NCBI GenBank assembly: GCA_037446815.1 | Contig: JBBIHX010000008.1 | Span: 1 to 44,267 of the forward strand | Source: Caldilineae bacterium | GTDB taxonomy: Bacteria; Chloroflexota; Anaerolineae; DTLA01 | Direction of reading: 5' to 3' | DNA length: 44,267 nt | Shown here: positions 9,869-18,704 of the stretch, piece after piece | Numbering within the stretch: the first letter of the stretch is position 1 | How the letters are laid out: every line of letters begins with the position of its first letter | Position numbers and translations under genes: made by a program | Notes under the pieces: generated by a model | What the model was told of the DNA's origin: nothing | The model's database searches: none | What the model saw: the letters and a program-made list of their open reading frames with translations, nothing else

Positions 9869-10969
9869 ATGCGCGTGCTGATGCTCTCCAAAGCGTGCCT
9901 GGTGGGCATCTACCAGCGAAAGTTGGAGGAACTGGCCCGCCAACCCGACGTATCGCTGAAGGTGCTGGTGCCGCCTTCGTGGAATGACCGCGGCGGCCGC
10001 GTGCCGCTGGAGCGCGTGCACACCCAGGGCTACGACCTTGAGGCGATCCCCATCGCGTTCAACGGCAACTATCACCTGCACTTCTACCCGACGCTGGCCC
10101 GCCACGTGCGCGCCTTCCGCCCCGACATCGTGCACATTGACGAGGAGCCGTATAACCTCGCCACATGGCACGCGATGCGCCTTTCGCAAGCGGCGGGGGC
10201 AAGGGCGCTGTTCTTCACGTGGCAGAACCTGCTGCGGCGATATCCGCCCCCCTTCCGCTGGATGGAGGCGTACAACTACCGCCATGCCTCCTACGCCATC
10301 GCGGGGAACCAGGAGGCGGTGGCCGTCCTGCGGGCCAAGGGATTCGCCGGGCCCGTGGCCGTCATCCCGCAATTCGGCGTGGACACCGACCGCTTCGCGC
10401 CCGCCGAGAACGCGCCCGACGCGCCCTTCCGCATCGGGTTCATCGGGCGCATGGTGCCGGAGAAAGGCGTCGGCCTGTTGTTGGACGCGGTCAGCGCCAT
10501 GGGGGGCGACTGGCGGCTGGTGTACATCGGCGAAGGCCCCACCCGCGCCGAGCTGGAAGCCCGCGTCCAGGCGATGGGGTTGGCATCTCGGGTCGCCTTT
10601 TACCCGCGCATGCCGTCGGTGGAGATGCCGACGGCCCTGCGGCAGTTGCACGCGCTGGTGCTTCCGTCGTTGTCCCGCCCCAACTGGAAGGAGCAGTTCG
10701 GGCGCGTGCTGATAGAGGCGATGGCGTCCGGTGTGCCCGTGGTGGGTTCTAGCAGCGGCGAGATTCCCAACGTCATCGGCGAGGCCGGGCTGGTGTTCCC
10801 GGAAGGCGACGCGGAGGCGCTTCGGGCCGCGCTGGTGCGCCTTCGCGACGACGGGGATTTGTGGCGCGCCCTGGCGACGGCGGGGCGGGCGCGGGCCTTG
10901 GCCGAATTCACCCACGCGCAGGTGGCGCAGAAGACGTACCGCGTGTACCAGGCGATGCTGGGCCGCTGA
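9869..10969 (+). CDS. GT4 (GT-B) glycosyltransferase
   Basis: FIGRMVPEKGV and EQFGRVLIEAMASGVPVV (EX7E). Confidence 0.92.
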   Translation: MRVLMLSKACLVGIYQRKLEELARQPDVSLKVLVPPSWNDRGGRVPLERVHTQGYDLEAIPIAFNGNYHLHFYPTLARHVRAFRPDIVHIDEEPYNLATWHAMRLSQAAGARALFFTWQNLLRRYPPPFRWMEAYNYRHASYAIAGNQEAVAVLRAKGFAGPVAVIPQFGVDTDRFAPAENAPDAPFRIGFIGRMVPEKGVGLLLDAVSAMGGDWRLVYIGEGPTRAELEARVQAMGLASRVAFYPRMPSVEMPTALRQLHALVLPSLSRPNWKEQFGRVLIEAMASGVPVVGSSSGEIPNVIGEAGLVFPEGDAEALRAALVRLRDDGDLWRALATAGRARALAEFTHAQVAQKTYRVYQAMLGR

Positions 10970-11014
10970 GGACAGGCTTGTGGCCGCGGATGAACGCGAA
11001 GCCACGCGAAGGGG

Positions 11015-11049
11015 AACGTGCGACGCACTTCCGAAGTGCGTCGCACGTT
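11015..11049. repeat. 16-bp perfect palindrome, second copy of the 6756-6792 element
   Basis: AACGTGCGACGCACTT-CCG-AAGTGCGTCGCACGTT. Confidence 0.85.
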
Positions 11050-11061
11050 GTCCTTCTGTTA

Positions 11062-11200
11062 TCATGCTGAGCCGAAGGCGATACGCCCTCGCCCTTCGGG
11101 AGAGGGCTGGGGTGAGGGGCGAGATGCTTCGCCTTCGGCTCGGCATGACGGAGCGGGGAGGCGGCGTGCGGGGCAGACCAACACAAGATGAAACCGACTC
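11062..11200. mobile_element. Truncated MITE A3 (right TIR only) carrying a CCCTC-type repeat
   Basis: The 3' part matches A1 (GAGATGCTTCGCCTTCGGCTC..CATGAC.GAG.GGGGAGGCGGCG) and ends in CCAACACAAGATGAAACCGACTC. No left TIR found. Confidence 0.7.
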
Positions 11201-11207
11201 CCACCCC

Positions 11208-11351
11208 GACTCGGTTCCATCTTGTGTTGGTGAAACGCATGGACACTCTCCTCGTGTGTCGTTGCGAGCGAAGCGAAGCAACCTCACGCCCCGGCGATTG
11301 CTTCGGGCGCTGCGCGCCCTCGCAATGACAAACAGACTTTGAAACCGACTC
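11208..11351. mobile_element. MITE copy B2 (inverted relative to B1), flanked by CCACCCC
   Basis: GACTCGGTTCCATCTTGTGTTGG ... AACAGACTTTGAAACCGACTC. CCACCCC at 11201-11207 and 11352-11358. Confidence 0.82.
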
Positions 11352-11366
11352 CCACCCCCGCGCGAC

Positions 11367-11395
11367 TGGCACGAAAGTGTAAAAAGGGGTATAAT
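11367..11395 (+). promoter_or_regulatory. sigma70-type promoter of the J-domain/gyrA/lpdA/lipA run
   Basis: TGGCAC-17 nt-TATAAT. Confidence 0.6.
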
Positions 11396-11430
11396 CGTAA
11401 GCGAATGCCTTTGATAGGTGTGTATCCGAA

Positions 11431-12510
11431 GTGGGCAAGAAACTGGTGGACTACTATCGGATCCTGCAGGTGGATCCGGAAGCCGACCCCGACGTGGTGG
11501 AGGCGGCATATAAACGACTGGCGCGCAAGTACCACCCTGACCTCAACCCCGAGCCGGATGCGAACCAGCGCATGCAGGAGATCAACATCGCCTATGAGGT
11601 GCTGGGAGACCCCGAGAAGCGGGCGGAGTACCATCAGGAGTGGCAGCGCGTGTACGGCACGCGGCACTACGCGGGCGTGGCGGCGACTACCCCATGGCTG
11701 GGAGGCGTCCGCCCCACCGTTACCCTGACGCCCGAGCGCGTGCAGTTTGACCGCGTGCAGCGAGGCCAGATCGTTGAGGCCGACGTAACGGTGTCCCTGA
11801 GCCGCGCCGGCCGATTCCACGGTGAGATGCTCCCCCATCAGTCCTGGATTCGGGCGAAGGTCGCCAGCCGCCGCAAGGGCGCCGTGGTCATCCGCATCAC
11901 AGTGGACACCTCGGACCTGCGCGGCGGGGTTACCTACGAGGGGAGCGTGGCCATCACGTCGCTCCTGTACGGCACGGTGCTCATCCCGGTGCGGGTCACC
12001 GTCGCGCCGGAGCCGCGCCCCATCCTCAAGGTAGAGCCCCTGTGGCTGGACGCGGGCACGGTGCGCCGCTCCGATCCGCCCATAGAGATGACGCTGCATG
12101 TGCACAACGTGGGCGAGGGCGACTTTGAGGGCGAAATCCGCGTGAAGCACGGTTGGCTTTCGGTCAACCGCGACGAGTTCCGAGGCGACCGCACCGAAAT
12201 CGTCGTAACGCTGACGCCGTCGGGGCTGAAGCCCGGGCGCAGTTACACCGGCAAGATTGAAATCGTCTCCAACGGCGGCATGGCGACGGTGCCCGTGAAG
12301 GTCATGGTGCAGCAGGAACTGCCCGACCTTCCGCCCGCCGACAGCGACGAATACTGGCCCGCCGTCCTGTCGTACCTCAAGCCGGAGAACGCATGGGAGA
12401 AGGACTTCGTAGCGCAGATGAAGGCCCTCTCCAAGATGCGCGGATGGAGACCGGCGGCGAGCCAGCAATCCACCATCCTCTACATGTTCGCCCGAGATTT
12501 GGACAAGTAA
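11431..12510 (+). CDS. J-domain (DnaJ class C) protein with two BACON/Ig-like repeats
   Basis: DYYRILQV...[13 protein letters not shown] (HPD motif). Two beta-rich repeats (..[33 protein letters not shown]). No Zn-finger. Confidence 0.75.
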   Translation: MGKKLVDYYRILQVDPEADPDVVEAAYKRLARKYHPDLNPEPDANQRMQEINIAYEVLGDPEKRAEYHQEWQRVYGTRHYAGVAATTPWLGGVRPTVTLTPERVQFDRVQRGQIVEADVTVSLSRAGRFHGEMLPHQSWIRAKVASRRKGAVVIRITVDTSDLRGGVTYEGSVAITSLLYGTVLIPVRVTVAPEPRPILKVEPLWLDAGTVRRSDPPIEMTLHVHNVGEGDFEGEIRVKHGWLSVNRDEFRGDRTEIVVTLTPSGLKPGRSYTGKIEIVSNGGMATVPVKVMVQQELPDLPPADSDEYWPAVLSYLKPENAWEKDFVAQMKALSKMRGWRPAASQQSTILYMFARDLDK

Positions 12511-12546
12511 ACACCCCTACCCCAAGGAGCAGATGTAGGCAACCTT

Positions 12547-15057
12547 ATGGACATCGGTATCGTTCGGAAAGTGGACATTGAAGCCGAGATGCGCGGGGCG
12601 TACCTGGACTACGCCATGAGCGTCATCGTGTCGCGTGCGCTGCCCGATGTGCGCGACGGGCTGAAGCCTGTACACCGGCGCATTCTGTACGCCATGCACG
12701 ACATGGGGCTGCGCTCGGACCGCCCGTACAAGAAGAGCGCCCGCATCGTCGGCGAGGTGCTCGGCAAGTACCACCCCCACGGCGACGCCGCCGTGTACGA
12801 CGCCATGGCGCGCATGGCGCAGGACTTCTCCATGCGCTACGTGCTGGTGGACGGGCAAGGCAACTTTGGGTCCATTGACGGCGACAGCCCCGCCGCCATG
12901 CGGTACACCGAGGCCCGTCTCGCGCCCATGGCCGAGGAGATGCTCGCCGACATTGACAAGGACACCGTGGACTTCGTGGACAACTTTGACGGCTCGCTCA
13001 AGGAGCCGTCGGTGTTGCCCTCGCGCATCCCCAACCTGCTGCTGAACGGCGCTTCGGGCATCGCCGTGGGCATGGCCACCAACATTCCCCCGCACAACCT
13101 GGGGGAACTGTGCGACGCCATCGGCTATGTGATTGACCATTATGCCCGCCTGGATGAGATCTCCGTGGACGAGTTGATGCAGCATCTCCCCGGGCCCGAT
13201 TTCCCTACCGGCGGCATCATCCTGGGCGCCGAGGGCATTCGCGCCGCCTACGCCAAGGGCACGGGGCGCATCACGGTGCGCGCCAAGGCCGTGATTGAGG
13301 AGATGCGCGGGGGCCGGTTCCGCATCCAGGTAACCGAACTGCCCTACCAGGTGAACAAGTCCAGCCTGTTGGAGCGCATCGCCGACCTGGTGCGCAACGG
13401 CCGCATTGACGGCATCGCCGACCTGCGGGATGAGTCGGACCGCAGCGGGATGAGCATCGTCATTGAACTGAAGCGCGGGGCGTCCCCCCGAACGGTGCTG
13501 AACCAACTGCTGAAGTTCACGCCCATGCAGAGCACCTTCGGCATCAACATGCTGGCGTTGGTGGATGGCGAGCCACGCGTTCTGTCGTTGAAGCGGGCCA
13601 TCGCGCTGTACATTGAGCATCGGCGCGACGTGATTACCCGCCGCTCCCGCTACGACCTGGAAAAGGCGCGGGCGCGGGCGCACATCCTGGAGGGACTGCG
13701 CATCGCGCTGGACTTCCTGGACGAGGTCATCCGCACCATACGCCAGTCGCCCGACGCCGACACCGCGCAGACCGAACTGGTGCGGCGGTTCAAACTGACC
13801 GAGATTCAGGCGCGCGCCATCCTGGACATGCAGTTGCGGCGGCTGGCGGCCCTGGAGCGCCAGAAGATTGAGGACGAGTACGCGGAGGTTCGCCGCACCA
13901 TCGCCTATCTGGAAGACATCCTCGCCAGTCCGCAGAAGATTTTGACGCTCATCCGCCAGGACCTGGCCGACATCAAGGCGAAGTACGGCGACGCGCGCCG
14001 CACGCACATCTCCGCGGAAGAGGCCGCCGAACTCAGCGATGAAGATTTGGTGGCGCGCGAGGACGTGCTCATCACCATCACCCAGCGCGGGTACGTCAAG
14101 CGCGTGCCCCTGAAGGCCTACCGGGCGCAGGCGCGGGGCGGGCGCGGCGTGGCCGGAATCACCACCCGCGAGGAAGACGCCGTTCAGTTCATCCTCGCCG
14201 CCACGACCATGGACTACATCCTGTTCTTCACCAATCGCGGGCGCGCCTTCGGCCTTCGGGCGCACCAGATTCCCGACGCCTCCCGCCAGGCCAAGGGCGT
14301 CCACATGGCCAACCTCCTGGCGCTGGATGAGGGGGAATTGGCCACCGCTGCTGTGGCCGTGCCCGACTTCCAGCAGGCGGAATACCTCGTCATGGCGACG
14401 CGCGAAGGCAAGGTCAAGCGCACCCCGCTGGGCGAGTTCGCGGCGGTGCGGCCCAGCGGCATCATCGCCCTCAACCTGGATGATGGAGACGCGCTCCATT
14501 GGGTGCGCCTGACCCGCGGCGGCCAGGATATCATCCTCGTTACCGAGGGGGGCCAGGGGATTCGGTTCAGCGAGGAGACGGTGCGCCCCATGGGTCGGAG
14601 CGCGGGCGGCGTGATGGGCATTCGCCTGGCCAAGGGCGATCACGTAACCAGCATGACCATCGCCGAACCGGGCGGCGACTTGCTCGTCGTAACCACGAAG
14701 GGCTACGGCAAGCGGATTCCCCTGGACGAGATTCCCCTGCAGGGGCGGAACGGGCGCGGCGTCATCGTCCAGGCCCGCAATCAGAAGGTAACCGGGCCGG
14801 TAACATCTGCCCGCGTGGTGCAACCCGACGATGAAATCACCGTAGTATCCACGGGTGGGATGGTGCTGCGCACGTCCGTGGAGAGCATCCCCCGCGCAGG
14901 ACGGGCTGCCCGTGGCTCGCGGGTCATAGATATTCGCGGCGATGACGAGGTTGCGGCCATCGCCCGCCTGGAAAGCGACCGCGCCACGCCTTCCAACGGC
15001 GCTGCGGAATCGGAGGGCAACGGCGATGCTCCCGCGCCCGGTCATCCTGATTCATGA
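12547..15057 (+). CDS. gyrA: DNA gyrase subunit A
   Basis: [34 protein letters not shown] (catalytic Tyr), GyrA-box QARGGRG (14128-14148), beta-pinwheel repeats. Confidence 0.95.
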   Translation: MDIGIVRKVDIEAEMRGAYLDYAMSVIVSRALPDVRDGLKPVHRRILYAMHDMGLRSDRPYKKSARIVGEVLGKYHPHGDAAVYDAMARMAQDFSMRYVLVDGQGNFGSIDGDSPAAMRYTEARLAPMAEEMLADIDKDTVDFVDNFDGSLKEPSVLPSRIPNLLLNGASGIAVGMATNIPPHNLGELCDAIGYVIDHYARLDEISVDELMQHLPGPDFPTGGIILGAEGIRAAYAKGTGRITVRAKAVIEEMRGGRFRIQVTELPYQVNKSSLLERIADLVRNGRIDGIADLRDESDRSGMSIVIELKRGASPRTVLNQLLKFTPMQSTFGINMLALVDGEPRVLSLKRAIALYIEHRRDVITRRSRYDLEKARARAHILEGLRIALDFLDEVIRTIRQSPDADTAQTELVRRFKLTEIQARAILDMQLRRLAALERQKIEDEYAEVRRTIAYLEDILASPQKILTLIRQDLADIKAKYGDARRTHISAEEAAELSDEDLVAREDVLITITQRGYVKRVPLKAYRAQARGGRGVAGITTREEDAVQFILAATTMDYILFFTNRGRAFGLRAHQIPDASRQAKGVHMANLLALDEGELATAAVAVPDFQQAEYLVMATREGKVKRTPLGEFAAVRPSGIIALNLDDGDALHWVRLTRGGQDIILVTEGGQGIRFSEETVRPMGRSAGGVMGIRLAKGDHVTSMTIAEPGGDLLVVTTKGYGKRIPLDEIPLQGRNGRGVIVQARNQKVTGPVTSARVVQPDDEITVVSTGGMVLRTSVESIPRAGRAARGSRVIDIRGDDEVAAIARLESDRATPSNGAAESEGNGDAPAPGHPDS

Positions 15058-16003
15058 TCTGGGAGGCTCGCCCCACGACTGGGATCGGTGGGGACTGGTC
15101 TCCTATCTGGTCAATGTCGGCGGCTTTGACCCGCGCCTCATCCGCCGCTTTGATTTCGGGTACGTGCGGCGCGGCACAGTGCCTTGCTACGACGCGCAGG
15201 GGGATTTGATCCTCATTGCGCGCCGCCTGGCAGGCGATCCCGCCGGAGACGACGCCTATCGGGTGGACGCGCTGGCGGCGGAGAGTCGGGCATTGGGCGG
15301 GCCCGACAGGGTGAGCATCGTGGCGGTGGGCGCCGGCGGCATCATCGCGCGCTACTACCTGAGCCGCCGCACGCCCGACGCATTGGGGACGGTGTACAAC
15401 GGGGCGGTGGACAAGGTCATTCTCGTCGGCGCGCCCAACCGCGGCGCGCAACTCGGCGCGATGGCCAACGCGCTCCCACGCCCCACGCGGTGGCTGCCAT
15501 GGTTCCGGCGCCCGTATCCCGAGCCGACGCTGAAGGCGGTCCTGGCCGGGGTTGAGGCGCTTCGCGATGGCGTGCTGGCCGAGATGCCGAGCGAGGGCTG
15601 CCCGCCCTTGTCGCCCAAGTCGCTAGGGCTGCTGCAGATCTCGGAGCAGAGTTTTCTCCTGCGGTACCTGAACCGCGCGGAGTGCGCCCCAAAAGGCGTG
15701 CGATTTCACTGCCTCGCGGGGGAAATCACCTTGCGCCTGGTCGCGCCTGGCGCGGGGGGCAGAAGGCGGTGGGAGTTGCATCTCGGCGACCTGCTGGTGA
15801 AGTCCGACAGCGCCACGCGGATTGCGGGCGTCCGGCCGGAGGTTTTCCTATTCAGCCGCGCGTATGAGGTGGACCTGGAATCGCCAGACGCCGCCAACCC
15901 GCTGGAGTGGTTCGGTGGCGACCTGCCGCCCTACGCCCATACGCGGCTGATGCGCCAACCCGAAGTTCATCGGGCCATCCTGGATATTCTGACCCGAGAT
16001 TAA
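15026..16003 (+). CDS. Alpha/beta-hydrolase fold (lipase/PGAP1-like) protein lacking the canonical nucleophile
   Basis: [34 protein letters not shown], terminal H..L..PEV. GGAGG RBS. Overlaps the gyrA end by 32 nt. Confidence 0.7.
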   Translation: MLPRPVILIHDLGGSPHDWDRWGLVSYLVNVGGFDPRLIRRFDFGYVRRGTVPCYDAQGDLILIARRLAGDPAGDDAYRVDALAAESRALGGPDRVSIVAVGAGGIIARYYLSRRTPDALGTVYNGAVDKVILVGAPNRGAQLGAMANALPRPTRWLPWFRRPYPEPTLKAVLAGVEALRDGVLAEMPSEGCPPLSPKSLGLLQISEQSFLLRYLNRAECAPKGVRFHCLAGEITLRLVAPGAGGRRRWELHLGDLLVKSDSATRIAGVRPEVFLFSRAYEVDLESPDAANPLEWFGGDLPPYAHTRLMRQPEVHRAILDILTRD

Positions 16004-16023
16004 ACTCAATCAAGGAGGAAATC

Positions 16024-17421
16024 ATGGCAGACCGATATGATGTCGCGATTGTCGGCGCGGGGCCGGGTGGGTACGTGGCCGCCATCCACGCGACGCAACT
16101 GGGAATGAAGACGCTCCTGGTGGAAAAGGACCACGTGGGCGGCACATGCCTCAACCGAGGGTGCGTCCCGACGAAGGCCCTCTTGCGCAGCGCCGAGGTG
16201 TGGAGCGCGGCTCAGTCCGCGGCGGACTTCGGGGTGGAACTCACGGGCGCGGCGGTGGATTGGGCGCAAATCCAGAAGCGGAAGGAGCAGGTGGTGTCGC
16301 GCTTGCGCAAGGGCGTGGAGTCGCTCTTGAAGAAGAACCAGGTCGCGCTTCTGGCGGGCACGGCAACGCTGACCTCGCCCTCATCGCTGACCGTCCAGAT
16401 GGCGGACGGCGGCACGGAGACGGTGTCCGCGCGCCACATCCTCATCGCCGCCGGCGCGCACGCCAAGACGCTGCCGGGCGTAACGATTGACGAGGAGCGG
16501 ATTCTGTCCAGCACCGGCGCGCTGGCGCTGGATCACATTCCGGCCAGCATCATCGTCATCGGCGCGGGGGCGGTGGGCGTGGAGTTCGCCTGCCTGTTCC
16601 AGACGCTGGGGAGCAAGGTAACGCTGCTGGAGGCGCTGCCCCAGGTGCTGCCCGCCGAGGACGCGGAGGTGGCCGAGGAACTGACAAAGGCACTGAAGCG
16701 CCAGCGCATCCGCGTGGAAACGGGCGCGCGCGTGGAGAACGTGGCCGCCGACGAGCAGGGGGTGCGCGTGGCCTTCACAACGGCGGCGGGCAAGGCCGAA
16801 ACCGTGTCGGCGGAGAAGTTGCTGATGGCCGTGGGGCGCGGCCCCGCCACCGAGGGCCTGGGCCTGGAAGCGGCAGGCGTCAAGACGGAGCGCGGCTGGA
16901 TTCCGGTCAACGGGCACATGCAGACCAACGTGCCGTCGGTCTACGCTATTGGCGACTGCGTGCCCACGCTGCAACTGGCCCACGTCGCCAGCGCCGAGGG
17001 CATCGTCGCCGTGGAGCACATGGCGGGGATGAACCCGCGCCCGCTGAACTACGACCACATGCCGCGTGCCGTGTATTCGCGCCCCGAGGTGGCCAGCGTC
17101 GGCCTGACCGAGGCGCAGGCGCGGGAGAGGGGCCACACCGTGCGCACCACCAAGTTCCCCTTCATGGCCTGCTCCAAGGCGGTCATCGCAGGGGAGCGCG
17201 AGGGGTTCGTGAAACTTGTCGTGGGCGTGACTTACGAGGCGCTGCTGGGCGTGCAGATTATCGGGCCTGGGGCCACGGAACTCATCGGCGAGGCGGTGCT
17301 GGCGCTGCGCCTAGAGTGCACCGACGAGGAGTTCGCGCGCGTGGTGCGGCCACACCCGACACTGTCGGAGGCAATGATGGAGGCGGCCTACGCCGCGGCG
17401 GGGATGCCGATTCATTTCTAG
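16024..17421 (+). CDS. lpdA: Dihydrolipoamide dehydrogenase
   Basis: GAGPGGY, GGTCLNRGCVP redox disulfide, HPTLSE. AAGGAGG RBS. Confidence 0.96.
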   Translation: MADRYDVAIVGAGPGGYVAAIHATQLGMKTLLVEKDHVGGTCLNRGCVPTKALLRSAEVWSAAQSAADFGVELTGAAVDWAQIQKRKEQVVSRLRKGVESLLKKNQVALLAGTATLTSPSSLTVQMADGGTETVSARHILIAAGAHAKTLPGVTIDEERILSSTGALALDHIPASIIVIGAGAVGVEFACLFQTLGSKVTLLEALPQVLPAEDAEVAEELTKALKRQRIRVETGARVENVAADEQGVRVAFTTAAGKAETVSAEKLLMAVGRGPATEGLGLEAAGVKTERGWIPVNGHMQTNVPSVYAIGDCVPTLQLAHVASAEGIVAVEHMAGMNPRPLNYDHMPRAVYSRPEVASVGLTEAQARERGHTVRTTKFPFMACSKAVIAGEREGFVKLVVGVTYEALLGVQIIGPGATELIGEAVLALRLECTDEEFARVVRPHPTLSEAMMEAAYAAAGMPIHF

Positions 17422-17453
17422 CGGCCAGCGGCCAGCAGTCAGCGATCAGCAGA
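17419..17453. repeat. Degenerate heptamer tandem repeat (CAGCRRY-like x5) between lpdA and lipA
   Basis: TAGCGGC CAGCGGC CAGCAGT CAGCGAT CAGCAGA. Confidence 0.65.
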
Positions 17454-17466
17454 GAAGGGGGAAGGG

Positions 17467-18354
17467 ATGCCGGTTTCGGGGCCGAAGCCGCCGTGGCTGC
17501 GGGTGCGTCTTCCCGCGGGCGGCGCGTATCGGGAAGTGAATAGCCTGCTGGACAACCTGGGCTTGCACACCGTCTGCGAGGAGGCGCAATGCCCCAACAA
17601 GGGGGAATGCTTCCACAGCGGCACGGCGACGTTTCTCATCCTGGGCGACGTGTGCACGCGGCGGTGTCGGTTCTGTGCCGTGCCGAAAGGGGCGCCGCAG
17701 CCGCTGGACTGGGATGAGCCGGAACGGGTCGCCTGCGCCGTGGAGGCGCTCGGGCTGAAGTACGCGGTCATCACGTCCGTAACGCGCGACGACGTGCCCG
17801 ACGGCGGCGCGGCCATCTTCGCCGAGACCATCCGCGCCATTCGCCGAAGGGTGCCCGCGTGCAAGGTGGAGGTGCTGATTCCCGACTTTCGGGGGGATGA
17901 CGCCGCGCTGCAAACGGTCATTGACGCGGGCCCCGACGTGCTGAATCACAACCTGGAGACCGTCCCCCGGCTGTACCCGCTGGCGCGGCCTGGGGCAGAC
18001 TACAACCGCTCGCTCCGCCTGTTGCGCCGAGCGAAGGAGATGTCGCCGGGCCTGCTGACCAAGACGGGCCTGATGCTGGGCCTGGGCGAGACGCCGGACG
18101 AGGTGCGGGCGGTCATGGCGGATTTGGTGGGCATCGGGTGCGACCTGCTCACACTGGGCCAGTACCTGCAACCCAGTCGCGCGCACCTGCCGGTGGAGCG
18201 GTACGTGCCGCCGGAGGAGTTCGCCGCGCTGGCCCGCGAGGGGGTGGCCATGGGGCTGAAGCACGTGGAGGCGGGGCCGCTGGTGCGCAGTTCCTACCAC
18301 GCCCGCGAGCAGGTGCGGACGGTATCCACGAATAACACGAATCTACGCGAATAG
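17467..18354 (+). CDS. lipA: Lipoyl synthase
   Basis: [12 protein letters not shown] (CX4CX5C), CTRRCRFC radical-SAM motif, RSSY. Confidence 0.97.
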   Translation: MPVSGPKPPWLRVRLPAGGAYREVNSLLDNLGLHTVCEEAQCPNKGECFHSGTATFLILGDVCTRRCRFCAVPKGAPQPLDWDEPERVACAVEALGLKYAVITSVTRDDVPDGGAAIFAETIRAIRRRVPACKVEVLIPDFRGDDAALQTVIDAGPDVLNHNLETVPRLYPLARPGADYNRSLRLLRRAKEMSPGLLTKTGLMLGLGETPDEVRAVMADLVGIGCDLLTLGQYLQPSRAHLPVERYVPPEEFAALAREGVAMGLKHVEAGPLVRSSYHAREQVRTVSTNNTNLRE

Positions 18355-18367
18355 GGTATGGGGGCGC

Positions 18368-18536
18368 GAGATTCTTCGCCGCTTCGCGGTTCAGAATGAC
18401 ACGGCCAGGCTCCCTCGCCCTTCGGGAGAAGGCCGGGGTGAGGGCGTCGCTCCCTCGCCCACCGGGAGAGGGCTGGGGTGAGGGGGATTGCTTCAGGCGC
18501 TGCGTATGTACGGGCGACCGGCCGATCGCCCGTACA
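18368..18536. repeat. REP mosaic between convergent lipA and rimO: half GTCATTCTGA-type arm, two CCCTC-type repeats, one GTAC/GTAG-type hairpin
   Basis: GAGATTCTTCGCCGCTTCGCGGTTCAGAATGAC (18368-18400). TCCCTCGCCC..GGGAGA.GGC.GGGGTGAGGG (18411-18444 and 18451-18484). TGTACGGGCGA-CCGGCCGA-TCGCCCGTACA (18507-18536). Confidence 0.8.
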
Positions 18537-18551
18537 GTGGCGTGCGTCCCT

Positions 18552-18651
18552 NNNNNNNNNNNNNNNNNNNNNNNNNNNNNNNNNNNNNNNNNNNNNNNNN
18601 NNNNNNNNNNNNNNNNNNNNNNNNNNNNNNNNNNNNNNNNNNNNNNNNNNN
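18552..18651. other. Scaffold gap (100 N) flanked by an identical 55-bp sequence
   Basis: 18497-18551 is identical to 18652-18706. Confidence 0.95.
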
Positions 18652-18704
18652 GCGCTGCGTATGTACGGGCGACCGGCCGATCGCCCGTACAGTGGCGTGC
18701 GTCC

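Noticed and set aside
8849..15045. Long antisense ORFs (8849-11509, 12517-15045; likewise 24849-26990 and 35013-36548)
   Set aside because: Shadow frames of well-supported genes in GC-rich DNA, with no recognisable motifs.
12547..15057. ParC (topoisomerase IV), given the absence of gyrB
   Set aside because: A GyrA-box-like QARGGRG and a full C-terminal pinwheel favour GyrA.
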